From sequence record SRR31156797_482: a stretch of DNA of 64,000 bases; one strand, written 5' to 3'. Below the pieces are notes generated by a model, which ran no database searches, had not been told where the DNA came from, and saw only the letters and a list, made by a program, of their open reading frames with translations. Positions 53,045-63,703 of the stretch are shown in pieces; positions within the stretch are counted from its first letter, which is position 1, and every line of letters begins with the position of its first letter. A program made the translations under genes and the position numbers.

Positions 53045-54457
53045 ATGAAAATAATTCTTTTGTGCTGTGTATTCTCTCTTGTTTTTGCCAGCCAAGCCTT
53101 GGCAACGCATGCCATGCAGCCGGCTCTATCTTTAACGACAACCACCTGGGGTTACGCAGCACTAACATTATTTGCTTTGGCCTACGTGCTGGTTATTTTA
53201 GAAGAAAAAACCCATCTACGCAAAAGCAAACCTGTGATGCTGGCAGCCGGTATTATCTGGATCCTGCTGGCCTTGGCCTATCGCCAAGTAGGCATCCCGG
53301 CTGAACAAGCCCACCAAGCAATCATTCATAACATGACTGAGTATGCGGAATTAATGCTCTTCCTACTCGTCGCCATGACCTATATCAATTCCATGAATGA
53401 GCGGGGCGTCTTTCAAGCGCTGCGTTCCTGGCTGGTGTCGCGGGGGTTTTCTTTGCGCATTGTCTTCTGGGTTACCGGGCTGCTGGCCTTTCTCATCTCA
53501 CCCGTGGCTGATAACCTCACCACCGCTCTGCTCATGGGAGCAGTGGTCATGGCAGTAGCCGAGGACAATACAAAATTTATTGCGCTAGCCTGCGTCAATA
53601 TCGTTGTCGGTGCCAATGCCGGGGGTGCCTTTTCCCCCTTTGGTGATATTACCACCCTTATGGTCTGGCAAAAGGGACAGGTTGACTTCAGCCAGTTTTT
53701 CCTCCTCTTTTTCCCGGCCCTTATTAATTGGCTCATTCCGGCAACCATTATGAACTTCTTTGTCTCTCGGGAGACGCCGAAAGCCTTGGACAAAATTGTC
53801 TCCATGAAGTTTGGCGCCAAACGAATCATTGCTCTTTTTCTGCTGACAATCCTCACTGCGGTTTCCTTTCACAACTTTTTAGATCTCCCCCCGGCAGCAG
53901 GTATGATGCTGGGACTCGCTTACCTTGGCTTTTTCTCCTACTATCTTAAAATCAAAGAAAAAAGAGCCGTTGAATACGACGCTCCCTTAGGCATAAGAGA
54001 CAGCGTACCGGAGTCCCCCTTTGACATCTTTAATAAAGTCGCTCAGGCTGAATGGGATACGCTGCTCTTTTTCTATGGCGTGATTCTCTGCGTCGGTGGT
54101 CTGTCGCAGTTTGGCTACCTGGCTCTGATCTCCCACCATATGTACGAGGGCCTAGGCGCCACCAGCGCCAATATACTGGTAGGGATACTGTCTTCAATCA
54201 TCGATAATATCCCAGTGATGTTTGCAGTTCTTACCATGGATCCGACAATGCCTCTGGGACAATGGCTCTTGGTGACCTTAACTGCCGGGGTCGGTGGCAG
54301 CTTACTTTCCATAGGCTCAGCTGCAGGGGTGGCGTTGATGGGAACCGCCCGCGGTACCTATACCTTCGGAGCGCATCTGAAATGGATGCCGATTATTGCT
54401 CTGGGGTATGCAGGTAGTATTTACGCCCACATCCTTCTCAATAAGACCTTATTTTAA
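53045..54457 (+). CDS. nhaD: Na+/H+ antiporter NhaD
   Basis: EE..HLRKSKP, SPVADNLTT, GG.FSPFGDITT, EWDTLLFF, SSIIDNIP, GGSLLSIGSAAG; start ATG 53045. Confidence 0.9.
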   Translation: MKIILLCCVFSLVFASQALATHAMQPALSLTTTTWGYAALTLFALAYVLVILEEKTHLRKSKPVMLAAGIIWILLALAYRQVGIPAEQAHQAIIHNMTEYAELMLFLLVAMTYINSMNERGVFQALRSWLVSRGFSLRIVFWVTGLLAFLISPVADNLTTALLMGAVVMAVAEDNTKFIALACVNIVVGANAGGAFSPFGDITTLMVWQKGQVDFSQFFLLFFPALINWLIPATIMNFFVSRETPKALDKIVSMKFGAKRIIALFLLTILTAVSFHNFLDLPPAAGMMLGLAYLGFFSYYLKIKEKRAVEYDAPLGIRDSVPESPFDIFNKVAQAEWDTLLFFYGVILCVGGLSQFGYLALISHHMYEGLGATSANILVGILSSIIDNIPVMFAVLTMDPTMPLGQWLLVTLTAGVGGSLLSIGSAAGVALMGTARGTYTFGAHLKWMPIIALGYAGSIYAHILLNKTLF

Positions 54458-54628
54458 TGGTAGCATTTTTGGTTCGGCCGCAAACATCTTGCATCACATA
54501 TTCAGGTCATCCTTAGAACTAGCAAGAATGACAGCTCACCAGCTCTCTAACGATGACACCGATCCAGTCATTTACTTTTGTTTGACAGGTTTATTTCCTG
54601 TAATTTTTAAAAAATTACAGGAAATAAA

Positions 54629-57600
54629 CTATATTGACGCAGAAGTCCCTCGACCTGTAAGCAGCTGCATCATCTTCTCCACAGCCAGCTTAGCAGCCTC
54701 GAAATCATAGTTATTTAATGCACTTTCGAGTGTTTTGTATAATGGAGCCATTTTGCCGGTGGTGAGTACCCCCGCATGCTGCTCCATGGTATCCAGAGCA
54801 CTGGTATCAAAGTCATCCAACTGCGTACTCAAGGTCTCAAGTACCTGCTTAAGCAGAACAGGGTCAACCACTGCGCCCCCTATTGTTTCTTTTGCTTTAC
54901 CAAGAGTGCAGATCGATACCAGCACCTCCTCAAGAGCTACCTTAGTCAGCTCGACGTGGACCGGATCAACCTGCTGTTCCCTGGCCTGATCCTCTAACTG
55001 CTGAGTGACATCCTGAAGTCGTTCGGCACCGATATTACCTGCCAGGCCCTTTAAGGTATGAGCAAGACGCTCAGCCAGTTCCCAATCCTTTCCCTCTACT
55101 GCCTGTGCAAATTGCTCAATAAAGTCTGCTTGATTACTACCGACCTTCGTGAGGATCTTATGATACAAGCTAGTGTTTCCCTGTGTGCGCTTAAGTCCAG
55201 CCAAAGTATTAATCCCCGCTAAATCAGGGATCATTGTTATTTGGTCTTCCTGTTTGCTGACCACCTGCTCATCCGTCAATGGACTTGATGGACGGATCCA
55301 TTTAGCCATGGTTTTAAACATATCCGCCACATTGATGGGTTTAGCGATATGATCATTCATACCAGCATCAATAACTTTCTTTTTATCACCCACCATGGCA
55401 TTAGCTGTCATAGCCAGAATAGGCAGCATTTTGTATTGATCCTGTTCACGGATTAGACGGGTGGCCGTATAACCGTCCATCACCGGCATCTGACAATCCA
55501 TCAATATTCCATCGAATTTTCGTTTGCCTAACCAGTCCAGAGCTTCCTGGCCGTCATTTGCCACCTCTGCTTTAATGCCATTAGACGTTAACAACTCCAA
55601 CGTCAACTCCTGATTAATCTCATTATCTTCGACCAACAACACGTACGCACCATGGAGCTCGGCTATATATTTTCTGGCTTCATCCTGACGGTTAACACCA
55701 CGATTTTCGCTGCTTACTTCACGTCCCATCGCTGACATAATCGCATCGAACAGGCTGGAGGAGGTCACAGGCTTGGTTAAAAATGCAGAAATATCAACTT
55801 CATCGGCCGTATCCGCTGCTTCTTCACGACCATAGGCGGTAACCAGAATCACCATGGGCACCTCAATGAGCTGATCGTTTTGCTGCATTGCACGGGTGGT
55901 CTCAATGCCGTCCATGCCCGGCATCTGCCAGTCCATGAGTACTAACGTGTACGGGTCATTGTCAGCCGAATCGATTAACCGGGCAATAGCGGTTTCACCC
56001 GTTGCAGCCTGATCGACCCGCAAACCGAAACTAACTAACATTTCGCTGAGTATCTCACGTGATGAAGGATTATCATCGACGACCAATACTCGAAGCACTC
56101 CAAGATCGGCAGTAAGGGAACGACGTGTTGAGGCTTTGCCTTGTTGTCGTCCTAGTACAGCGGTGAACTCAAAACTACTGCCGTTACCGGGTTCACTTTC
56201 CACCCATATCTCACCATGCATTAACTCAGATAGTTTTTTACTAATGGCTAAACCTAACCCGGTACCACCATACTTACGGGTAGTCGATGCATCCGCCTGC
56301 GAGAATGGTTGAAACAGTCCGGCCTGTTGTTCAGGGGTCATGCCAATACCACTATCACGCACAACAAAGTGCAGTGTGACGTACTCGTCACTCTGCTCTC
56401 TAACATCAACCGAAACAACAACCTCCCCACCTTTTTCGGTAAATTTAACCGCATTATTGCCCAGGTTGACAAGGATCTGCCCCAGACGCAAAGGATCTCC
56501 AATCAGGGCCGTAGGAATATCAGGAGGTACATTAAACATTAACTCCAAGCCTTTTTCTTCGGCTTTAAGTCCAACCAGACTAGCCAGGTTATCGAAAATA
56601 TCTTCCAGACGAAAATCAGTTTCTTCGATGTCCAGCTTACCCGCTTCAATTTTCGAAAAGTCGAGTATGTCATTAATAATACCAAGTAGAGCTTCACCGG
56701 AACGGTTCACTTTATCGACATAATTACGTTGCTTACGGTCTAAATCTGTCTGCAGCGCTAAATGACTCATACCAATAATGGCATTCATCGGCGTGCGGAT
56801 CTCATGACTCATATTCGCTAAAAAGTCGCTCTTGGCCCGTGTCGCTTCTTCGGCAAGCTCTTTAGCTTGAATTAATTCTTCTTCCGCCCTCTTTCGATCG
56901 GTAATATTTTCAAACACAACAGCAACACCGCCACCTGCAGCCTTATCAATCAAAGCAGCGCTGGCGTTAATCCATATAAGATCACCTTGTGGGCGATATA
57001 CTCCCATTTCAATACCGCTTACCCCTTTACCAGTGGTGAGTGCAATATTCGCTGGGTGTTGCTCTATGGGCATGGCCTTTAAATCTTTACCAACAATTTT
57101 CAATCCCTTGGAGTGAATATCGCATTCTTTAAGATTTTCTACACTCATACCGAAATAATCTTCACAGATGGTGTTTACTTCAACAATAGTACCACCAGCG
57201 TCAACCATGGCGACACCGACTGGCAGGGCTTCAAACAATGCCTTAAGTTTTTGCTGACTACTTCGAACTGCGCCCTCTGTTTCACGAATAGACCGCTCTG
57301 CACTCTTCCGCTCAGTGATGTCAATCAACCAACCCAGTATACCGTTTTCACCCTGATAATTAAGTGGCAGGTAGTTAATGAGCATATCCATAACCTGTCC
57401 ATTTTTACCGTACATCTGCAGCTCATAATTTTCTACACTCCCAGCTGCGGCCATTGTTTTTATCAATGTTTCTCTTTCGTCTGGGTTGACGTAAAGACTG
57501 GGTGACTTATCACCAACCCCGACGTTAAACATTTCAATAAATCTTGGATTGGCAAAGTGGATAAGACCCTTTGTAGAAAAGGCTACACCGACGGGACTTG

Positions 57601-58831
57601 TATCGAGTATGGATTGTAGCTGGGCTTGGCTTTCAACTAGTTCAGAAGTACGCTCTTCTACTCGCAATTCCAGTTTTTTATTGAGTTCTTTCAGTGCATT
57701 CTCACGCAAAACAAGGTTCTGCGCCATCTCCTTAAATGATGCTGCGAGTTGAGCAACCTCATCGCTTCCTTCTTGAGCGATACCATCTAGGTCGATATTT
57801 CCGGCAGTGATATTTTTAGCCGCATTGCTTAAACGGGATAATGGAGCGGTTATTCGTCGCGAAAAAAGAAACGATGCCAGGGTGGAGAGGAGGAGAGCCA
57901 GTATCAACAACACAAAATGTGTGGTCCTTTGTTGATACACTTTTTCAAGTGCTATTTCTTTGTTGGTCCTCAGCGAAAAACTCCAAAGAGTTGATTCTAT
58001 GGGAGCATAGGATACCCAGTATTCAGAACCATCTTCAAAAAAAAGACTTACTACGCCGCTGGTGTTGGCCGCATACAGCACTTTCAAATTTTCAGCATTA
58101 TCTGAAGCCAATTCATTTTGCAACGAGCTGAGCTGTTTACCTATTTGCCTGATGTCATGATGGAAAACCAGGTTACCCCTGTTACTGATAACAATGAAAT
58201 CGTTCTTGCTGATACTATCTGATTCAGTGAACTCGTTGAGTTTATTGAGGTCAATATCAACGGTTGTAACGCCAATGGTTTTACCTTCCTGTTGAAACGG
58301 TACAGAGAACGTTACCATATTGATATTTCCGCCTCCTCCATCAAAATACGGCTCGCTCCATAACGGTAAATTCCGGCTAATTGCACCAGCGTACCACTGT
58401 CTTTTCAAATAATCATAGCTGGTTGCAATATCTATAGATTCAATTTTACCTGCACTACGATATACGTAAGGTGAAAAGCGTTGAAGTTCTGAAAAGGCAC
58501 CTGGTTCAAATGCAATGGCCGCACCGTACACAAAAACGTTGTTTTGTATATTTTCCCTTAAAATGGCATACAAATCTTCCCTGCTTAATAATTTCCCACT
58601 AGCTGAAAGAACATCAGCAGTGGTGGAGGCGATTTGAGCAATTTCACGCAAATATTTATCAATTCGACTCGCATGATACTGTGCGATGTCAATGCTATTG
58701 GATTCGACTTGAGAAGCCGCATTCTCTCCTGCTTGCCAACTTGCGTACCCCATTACAAGTCCGATAACAACGAAGGTAGGCATGACCACGAATGTACCAA
58801 TTTTCTGTGCTATTGTTTTTTGCTGGAACAT
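54629..58831 (-). CDS. Hybrid sensor kinase Cache-HAMP-PAS-PAS-HisKA-HATPase-REC-REC-Hpt
   Basis: WY...W.EPY.D Cache; FLANMSHEIRTPMN; GGTGLGL; two REC; AHTLKG Hpt. Confidence 0.94.
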   Translation of the reverse strand: MFQQKTIAQKIGTFVVMPTFVVIGLVMGYASWQAGENAASQVESNSIDIAQYHASRIDKYLREIAQIASTTADVLSASGKLLSREDLYAILRENIQNNVFVYGAAIAFEPGAFSELQRFSPYVYRSAGKIESIDIATSYDYLKRQWYAGAISRNLPLWSEPYFDGGGGNINMVTFSVPFQQEGKTIGVTTVDIDLNKLNEFTESDSISKNDFIVISNRGNLVFHHDIRQIGKQLSSLQNELASDNAENLKVLYAANTSGVVSLFFEDGSEYWVSYAPIESTLWSFSLRTNKEIALEKVYQQRTTHFVLLILALLLSTLASFLFSRRITAPLSRLSNAAKNITAGNIDLDGIAQEGSDEVAQLAASFKEMAQNLVLRENALKELNKKLELRVEERTSELVESQAQLQSILDTSPVGVAFSTKGLIHFANPRFIEMFNVGVGDKSPSLYVNPDERETLIKTMAAAGSVENYELQMYGKNGQVMDMLINYLPLNYQGENGILGWLIDITERKSAERSIRETEGAVRSSQQKLKALFEALPVGVAMVDAGGTIVEVNTICEDYFGMSVENLKECDIHSKGLKIVGKDLKAMPIEQHPANIALTTGKGVSGIEMGVYRPQGDLIWINASAALIDKAAGGGVAVVFENITDRKRAEEELIQAKELAEEATRAKSDFLANMSHEIRTPMNAIIGMSHLALQTDLDRKQRNYVDKVNRSGEALLGIINDILDFSKIEAGKLDIEETDFRLEDIFDNLASLVGLKAEEKGLELMFNVPPDIPTALIGDPLRLGQILVNLGNNAVKFTEKGGEVVVSVDVREQSDEYVTLHFVVRDSGIGMTPEQQAGLFQPFSQADASTTRKYGGTGLGLAISKKLSELMHGEIWVESEPGNGSSFEFTAVLGRQQGKASTRRSLTADLGVLRVLVVDDNPSSREILSEMLVSFGLRVDQAATGETAIARLIDSADNDPYTLVLMDWQMPGMDGIETTRAMQQNDQLIEVPMVILVTAYGREEAADTADEVDISAFLTKPVTSSSLFDAIMSAMGREVSSENRGVNRQDEARKYIAELHGAYVLLVEDNEINQELTLELLTSNGIKAEVANDGQEALDWLGKRKFDGILMDCQMPVMDGYTATRLIREQDQYKMLPILAMTANAMVGDKKKVIDAGMNDHIAKPINVADMFKTMAKWIRPSSPLTDEQVVSKQEDQITMIPDLAGINTLAGLKRTQGNTSLYHKILTKVGSNQADFIEQFAQAVEGKDWELAERLAHTLKGLAGNIGAERLQDVTQQLEDQAREQQVDPVHVELTKVALEEVLVSICTLGKAKETIGGAVVDPVLLKQVLETLSTQLDDFDTSALDTMEQHAGVLTTGKMAPLYKTLESALNNYDFEAAKLAVEKMMQLLTGRGTSASI

Positions 58832-59219
58832 CGCGTGTCCTTTTTAGACGAGTCGTAAAGTTTTCTTGTGAAATACAAGTATAATTGCGTTCTGAATATT
58901 CCATGCTCTATGAAAATTTTCAGGATGGCTTCCCTACCGACGGCTCGGCTGCCTCTAAATCAATAGATTCATCCCCTCTGATATTTCCTTGAATTTATCC
59001 ATATAAAAAAATTCTATTTAGCAAACCCTTACCACTCGCCCCACTAACAATAAAAATCAGAAAATTAACTGCACCCCGTGATCTTGTGGGGATATTTCGA
59101 ACCAGTTAATTTTCTCACCAGCAGGTAGCTTGACAGTTTCGCCCCGCAAGAAATAACAGATAACCAAATGTATGGCTTTCGAGTTACTAAATTTACCCTG
59201 CCAGGGGGAGTAGTTTCCT

Positions 59220-60746
59220 TCACACCTTATCTAGAAGTATTTGCCCAGCCTTTGCAGCCTGCTTGCGCCAGTGTCGCCAATAACTCTCTGCTTGTTGCTC
59301 CCGTAAACAACGTAAATAACGTACACGTTGCGCAGCATTGAGGTATTCGTGAATCAAAGGGAGTAAACCTTCCTCTATATTATAAACCATTTTATCAGGG
59401 GCCAGACACACTGGAACGATATTTTCCGGCGACAAATTCAGCTCCTTAGATATTACCAGGCAAGCCTCCCGAATATTGCGTGCTTTTGCATTGTCCGGTT
59501 GTAAAATTTGATACGGTGGGTCCCACTCACGTACAGGCCTCAGACGGTCAATATGCGTAACTACTGCAATAATAACCGGTAAGGTTTGGTTTGGACATTT
59601 CTGCTGAAAGTAATGGCGAACAGCTTGCAACTGATGCGCATCCACCTTGCGGGCAGCCTCAGTTGCATTACAAACAACTATTATAACATCTATATTTTTC
59701 CATTCCCCTTTAGATGCTACGTGTTCCTGATCCTGTACTAAACCTCCATAACCAGCGCTGTCTAATATGATTGCCTGTTGCAGACCATCACGTTCGAGTA
59801 TGTAAGGGGTTATGCCTGTGGTGGTGGGCAAGGTTCCTGAAGCACATTTAATGTCGCCAAACAATGCGTTAATCAAGCTGGACTTACCACTACTGACTTG
59901 CCCTAAAACAAGAAACCGAAGTGGCTCAATGGATTTGTCTCGAATCAGGCTTTCCGATATATCTTTTTTAGAGACAGAACTTAAACGCTCAGTTGCAACA
60001 AAATCATCCAAGGTTAATTGCCCACTGTAGAGTTCAATGGCGTAATAACCGAGCTTTTTGATGTAAGCGTCGATGAGGCGACTCGACACTTCAGCTGTAA
60101 CTGTATTCATTCCTTTGTTAAATAGTACACCGCGAGCATGAGTCATCGCTGCGCCCGGCCAATTAAAGAGCCAATGCCCAACACTGAAAATAGATTTGAG
60201 GTTATTGATGGAATGAAGCGCTTGTTTGGCGCGCAAAAAATCGCCAACCCGAACCGCATGGCTACCAGGAATTTTATCTAACACTTCATGCTGAATATCG
60301 TCACAAACCAACATGATCAACTTTAGCAAATACGGGAGCGGGAACTCCAAAACAGGACGTTTTGAATCGGCATGAAAGTGCTTCGCAACCATCGTCAAGA
60401 GTTCATTTGTCAGTTGCAAGACCTTGCTGGGGTCAGTGAACAAATCTACATCTTTTTGCCAACGCTCGGCTACAGTTTCAAGCTCCGGCCATATCGACTG
60501 GCCACTGTCTGGCCAATTCGCATTGGGCTCAATAGCAAATGTATCTACGAACACAGGCTTGTTCGTATGTCTTCGCCACCGGAAAAGGCAATACGTCAGC
60601 GCAAAATTGGCTGATAAAATTGCCATACCCTTATAAAACCAATCGTGCTGCCAGAGCCAGTAACCGCCCAAAATTAACAATGCCAGCCAAGGCAATAAAA
60701 ACACAACAGCAGTTATAACCCCGAAGCGTGTTACAGGTAGTGCCAT
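59220..60746 (-). CDS. Membrane-anchored P-loop GTPase (MMR_HSR1/YfjP-like)
   Basis: N-terminal TM pair; GQVSSGKSSLINAL, PTT, DSAG, THID; ATG 60746 follows the upstream stop. Confidence 0.8.
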   Translation of the reverse strand: MALPVTRFGVITAVVFLLPWLALLILGGYWLWQHDWFYKGMAILSANFALTYCLFRWRRHTNKPVFVDTFAIEPNANWPDSGQSIWPELETVAERWQKDVDLFTDPSKVLQLTNELLTMVAKHFHADSKRPVLEFPLPYLLKLIMLVCDDIQHEVLDKIPGSHAVRVGDFLRAKQALHSINNLKSIFSVGHWLFNWPGAAMTHARGVLFNKGMNTVTAEVSSRLIDAYIKKLGYYAIELYSGQLTLDDFVATERLSSVSKKDISESLIRDKSIEPLRFLVLGQVSSGKSSLINALFGDIKCASGTLPTTTGITPYILERDGLQQAIILDSAGYGGLVQDQEHVASKGEWKNIDVIIVVCNATEAARKVDAHQLQAVRHYFQQKCPNQTLPVIIAVVTHIDRLRPVREWDPPYQILQPDNAKARNIREACLVISKELNLSPENIVPVCLAPDKMVYNIEEGLLPLIHEYLNAAQRVRYLRCLREQQAESYWRHWRKQAAKAGQILLDKV

Positions 60747-60750
60747 AACA

Positions 60751-61926
60751 TTAGTCCTTATTGCTAAGAGATTGACGCGCTTTGCTAAACGCTTCACTGT
60801 ATGCCTGTTTCAATTCCGCTTGATCTGGCATTGCTCCCCGTTTAACACCGTATAAGTACAGACAAAAGACCTTACCAAGCGCATAGGTCATTGCTCCAGA
60901 ACCTGCCCCGGCAATAGCCCAGCCATAAACAGGGACAAGTTTTAACAATTCTCGCCCGAATAGCCCTATCCCGACACTTGTGCCCATCAATGCTGCAAAT
61001 TCAGTATAAAGTGTAGCGGTTAGTTCCAGTCCATAAATTGATGCAATACTATGAAATAACTTGGCTTGCACTGTCAGCATCAGAGGTAACCCCGCCAGCG
61101 GTATCGCTCCCATGCCAGCACTAAGAAGAGCATAACCAATAATATGTGGATGGGCTTGTTGAGCATGAAATTCGAGCAAGCCTCTGTGCTGCTCTGTGCC
61201 TCGCAACAAACCTATCAAACCTTCCGGCATCACAGTTTCGATGGTTTGCCATACAGCATGCAGACCATAACTTTCAGGCTCAAAGCCATCCTCTGACAGC
61301 GTGAAGTCAATGGGCACAAAATGTACTGGCAATGATTTGAACCAGTCACGTTGATGCAGCAAAGCTTGCGCTAAGGCATGTGGAACTTGCGGTGGAAACG
61401 GTGATTGCTGATAAGGATAGGGCTGGATGTGTTCATACTGAGTGGTCGGATATCCCTCGTGCAAGGTGGTTTGTACCACAATGATTGGCCATTTTGGATG
61501 TTGCTTATGAATAGTCAAAACAGCTGCAACCACTTCGGCCTGGTTCATATCCAAAGCTCGCATCACAACTATCAGCAAATGTGCCTGATTGGCACACCAG
61601 GCTAAATCTTCACGTGGGTCATACTCTGTTTCCCCTAAACCTCGGGTATCGAGAAAGCGTAGTATTGGATGGCTAGCCGATGGAAAATCATAAAACAGCG
61701 ATCTTTTTGTACACGCCTGAAAACCGTTTCCAATTTCAGCAGTATCGCTCGAGGTCAGTGCACGTATTAGAGAAGTTTTGCCTGATTGCGTTTTACCTAA
61801 CAACCAAAAAACTGGAATCGGTAAGCGTTGCGTAACCTCGTCGATTTTGGCGTCTACACCGCTCGCTTTGGGGGTAAATATCGTTTTTTTGAGATCATCC
61901 CAAAATTTATTGGAAATAAAATTCAT
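60751..61926 (-). CDS. P-loop GTPase with C-terminal DUF697/YcjF-like hydrophobic domain
   Basis: GKTQSGKTS, CT, DTRG; C-terminal LLKLVPV.G......A.TYALG. Confidence 0.8.
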   Translation of the reverse strand: MNFISNKFWDDLKKTIFTPKASGVDAKIDEVTQRLPIPVFWLLGKTQSGKTSLIRALTSSDTAEIGNGFQACTKRSLFYDFPSASHPILRFLDTRGLGETEYDPREDLAWCANQAHLLIVVMRALDMNQAEVVAAVLTIHKQHPKWPIIVVQTTLHEGYPTTQYEHIQPYPYQQSPFPPQVPHALAQALLHQRDWFKSLPVHFVPIDFTLSEDGFEPESYGLHAVWQTIETVMPEGLIGLLRGTEQHRGLLEFHAQQAHPHIIGYALLSAGMGAIPLAGLPLMLTVQAKLFHSIASIYGLELTATLYTEFAALMGTSVGIGLFGRELLKLVPVYGWAIAGAGSGAMTYALGKVFCLYLYGVKRGAMPDQAELKQAYSEAFSKARQSLSNKD

Positions 61927-62214
61927 TTTGCTTGTTTAAAACTTTGTAAGTTCATTAGCATTTACTGCTGCCTCAAAATATTGGCGAAAAGAGCTACACC
62001 GAAAGGCCAGGGGAGCTACTTGCAAAAAAAATATTATAATACAAGGAGATGCGTATCCTGGTGTATTGTAATACAAACCTCAATCAGATTCCCACATTTT
62101 TCCAAAGGCATGTATTTAAAAGGGTTCCCATTAAGCTGTCCTTACATTGATATAATTGACTTTTTATTTAAACGTTCTCATTGTTCTAAGGAGAAAGCTA
62201 TTATTGGGGGACGT

Positions 62215-62865
62215 ATGGATTACATTAAAAGGTTCATAGCCGTTGCAATTTTCCTGCTAGCACTAACAAGCGCGCTGGGCCTTCCCTATGTGTACGAATC
62301 GCAGACCCTCTGGTATAAATTTGGCCTCGACAAAACAGCTCTTCGAGCTGGCCAGCTCGCCGGGATGGTTGCTCTCACTCTACTGTTCACCCAGATCATT
62401 CTCGCTGTAGGGGGATCATTTCTTACAAAGGCTTTTGGCCTGAAAAACCTTGTGCAATGGCACCGCATAAATGGTGTCCTGATCCTTTTTTTTGCATGTG
62501 TACATGTGTTTCTGATTCTGGTACCTGAAGGTCTTGCCAATTTACCAATAGGAAAAAAATACTGGCCGGAAATGGTTGGATCACTGTTGCTGTGGACCCT
62601 TATCTCAATGGTGATATCTTCCCGCTACAGGGAAAAATTTAAACTGGATTACAGGCGCTGGAGGGCTATCCATAAACCTTTGGGATACCTTGCGGCACTC
62701 CTTGTTGTAGTGCATGTTCTTTACGTTAGTGACTCTTTTGATCATGCTATGCCAAAAAATATTTTGATTGTTACCTTTGCGGCTCTTGTATTCCGTGTTG
62801 TCTGGGTTAAAGCACGTTGGCAGATTCGCCAAAAAGGGAACAAAGGACTTAACCATAAAAAGTAA
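62215..62865 (+). CDS. Ferric reductase-like transmembrane (heme b) protein
   Basis: About 6 TM with WHR..G...H and WR.IH..GY...H heme ligands; probable start ATG 62215. Confidence 0.8.
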   Translation: MDYIKRFIAVAIFLLALTSALGLPYVYESQTLWYKFGLDKTALRAGQLAGMVALTLLFTQIILAVGGSFLTKAFGLKNLVQWHRINGVLILFFACVHVFLILVPEGLANLPIGKKYWPEMVGSLLLWTLISMVISSRYREKFKLDYRRWRAIHKPLGYLAALLVVVHVLYVSDSFDHAMPKNILIVTFAALVFRVVWVKARWQIRQKGNKGLNHKK

Positions 62866-62907
62866 AACTGGTGTATACTTTTCAAACTCAACCCCATGGA
62901 GGGTATC

Positions 62908-63501
62908 ATGAACTACGGTAGGATATTATGCTTTTTGTTGCTTTCACTACTCATTGCCCCCGCCGCACACAGTGCAAGTGATCAATGGGACTTGGATAAG
63001 GGACATTCAAACGTCTACTTCAGTGTTGATCATATTTTTTCAAAAGTAATGGGCCATTTCAATGATTTTTCCACAGACATTGTTTTTAACCCTGATGATT
63101 TGGACAAGAGTAGCTTTGCCTTTACGATTAAAGTGAATTCCATCGACACCAATATCAGTAAACGGGACAAGCACCTTATCTCGGCAGATTTTTTTGATGC
63201 GGGCAAACACCCCACAATGACGTTTACCTCGACAAGCGTGACAGCAGGAGATGCAGGACTCTACAATATAGTAGGAAAACTTACTGTTAAAGGAAAAAGC
63301 TACGATTTTACCCTGCCGCTTGTTCTTGCAGGCGTGAAAGATCATCCAGCAGTTCCAGGCAAAGAAGTTGCTGGTTTCAACGGAAAGGTCGTTCTTGATC
63401 GCCTTGCCTACGGTGTCGGTACAGGTAAATTCTCCGAAATGGGCGTTGTAGGAAAAGATGTAGAAGTTTTTGTCAGCCTAGAGGTCACGAGGAGTAAATG
63501 A
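62908..63501 (+). CDS. YceI family periplasmic lipid/polyisoprenoid-binding protein
   Basis: Signal peptide; W.LD..HS.V.F.V.H, SIDT....RD.HL...DFFD...P...F. Confidence 0.92.
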   Translation: MNYGRILCFLLLSLLIAPAAHSASDQWDLDKGHSNVYFSVDHIFSKVMGHFNDFSTDIVFNPDDLDKSSFAFTIKVNSIDTNISKRDKHLISADFFDAGKHPTMTFTSTSVTAGDAGLYNIVGKLTVKGKSYDFTLPLVLAGVKDHPAVPGKEVAGFNGKVVLDRLAYGVGTGKFSEMGVVGKDVEVFVSLEVTRSK

Positions 63502-63703
63502 GCAGATGAGACGCAGGGGTAAACCGCCCCTCGCGAATATAAGCCTGATAACCGCCCAACAAAATTGAAGCGCCATAAACATTTCTCGCTACTTATTATT
63601 CAACTCAGTTATTATTTAATTTGATATACTAATCGCGGCGCGCACCAGCGCCGCGATTCTCAGCAGTACCTAACAAAGCCACAACACCTTTGATTACAGT
63701 CCA

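Noticed and set aside
58920-59030. c-di-GMP-I riboswitch upstream of the hybrid kinase
   Set aside because: Only a 3'-like fragment (GGCAGCCGAGCCGTCG, minus strand); the GGCAAA...GACGCAAA core is absent
59059-59115. Integron attC site
   Set aside because: Ends do not fit RYYYAAC/GTTRRRY, and there is no integron integrase or cassette array
61828-62214. 129-aa N-terminal extension of the ferric reductase-like ORF
   Set aside because: Overlaps the divergent GTPase start and AT-rich promoter DNA; better start at ATG 62215 with a GGGGG SD
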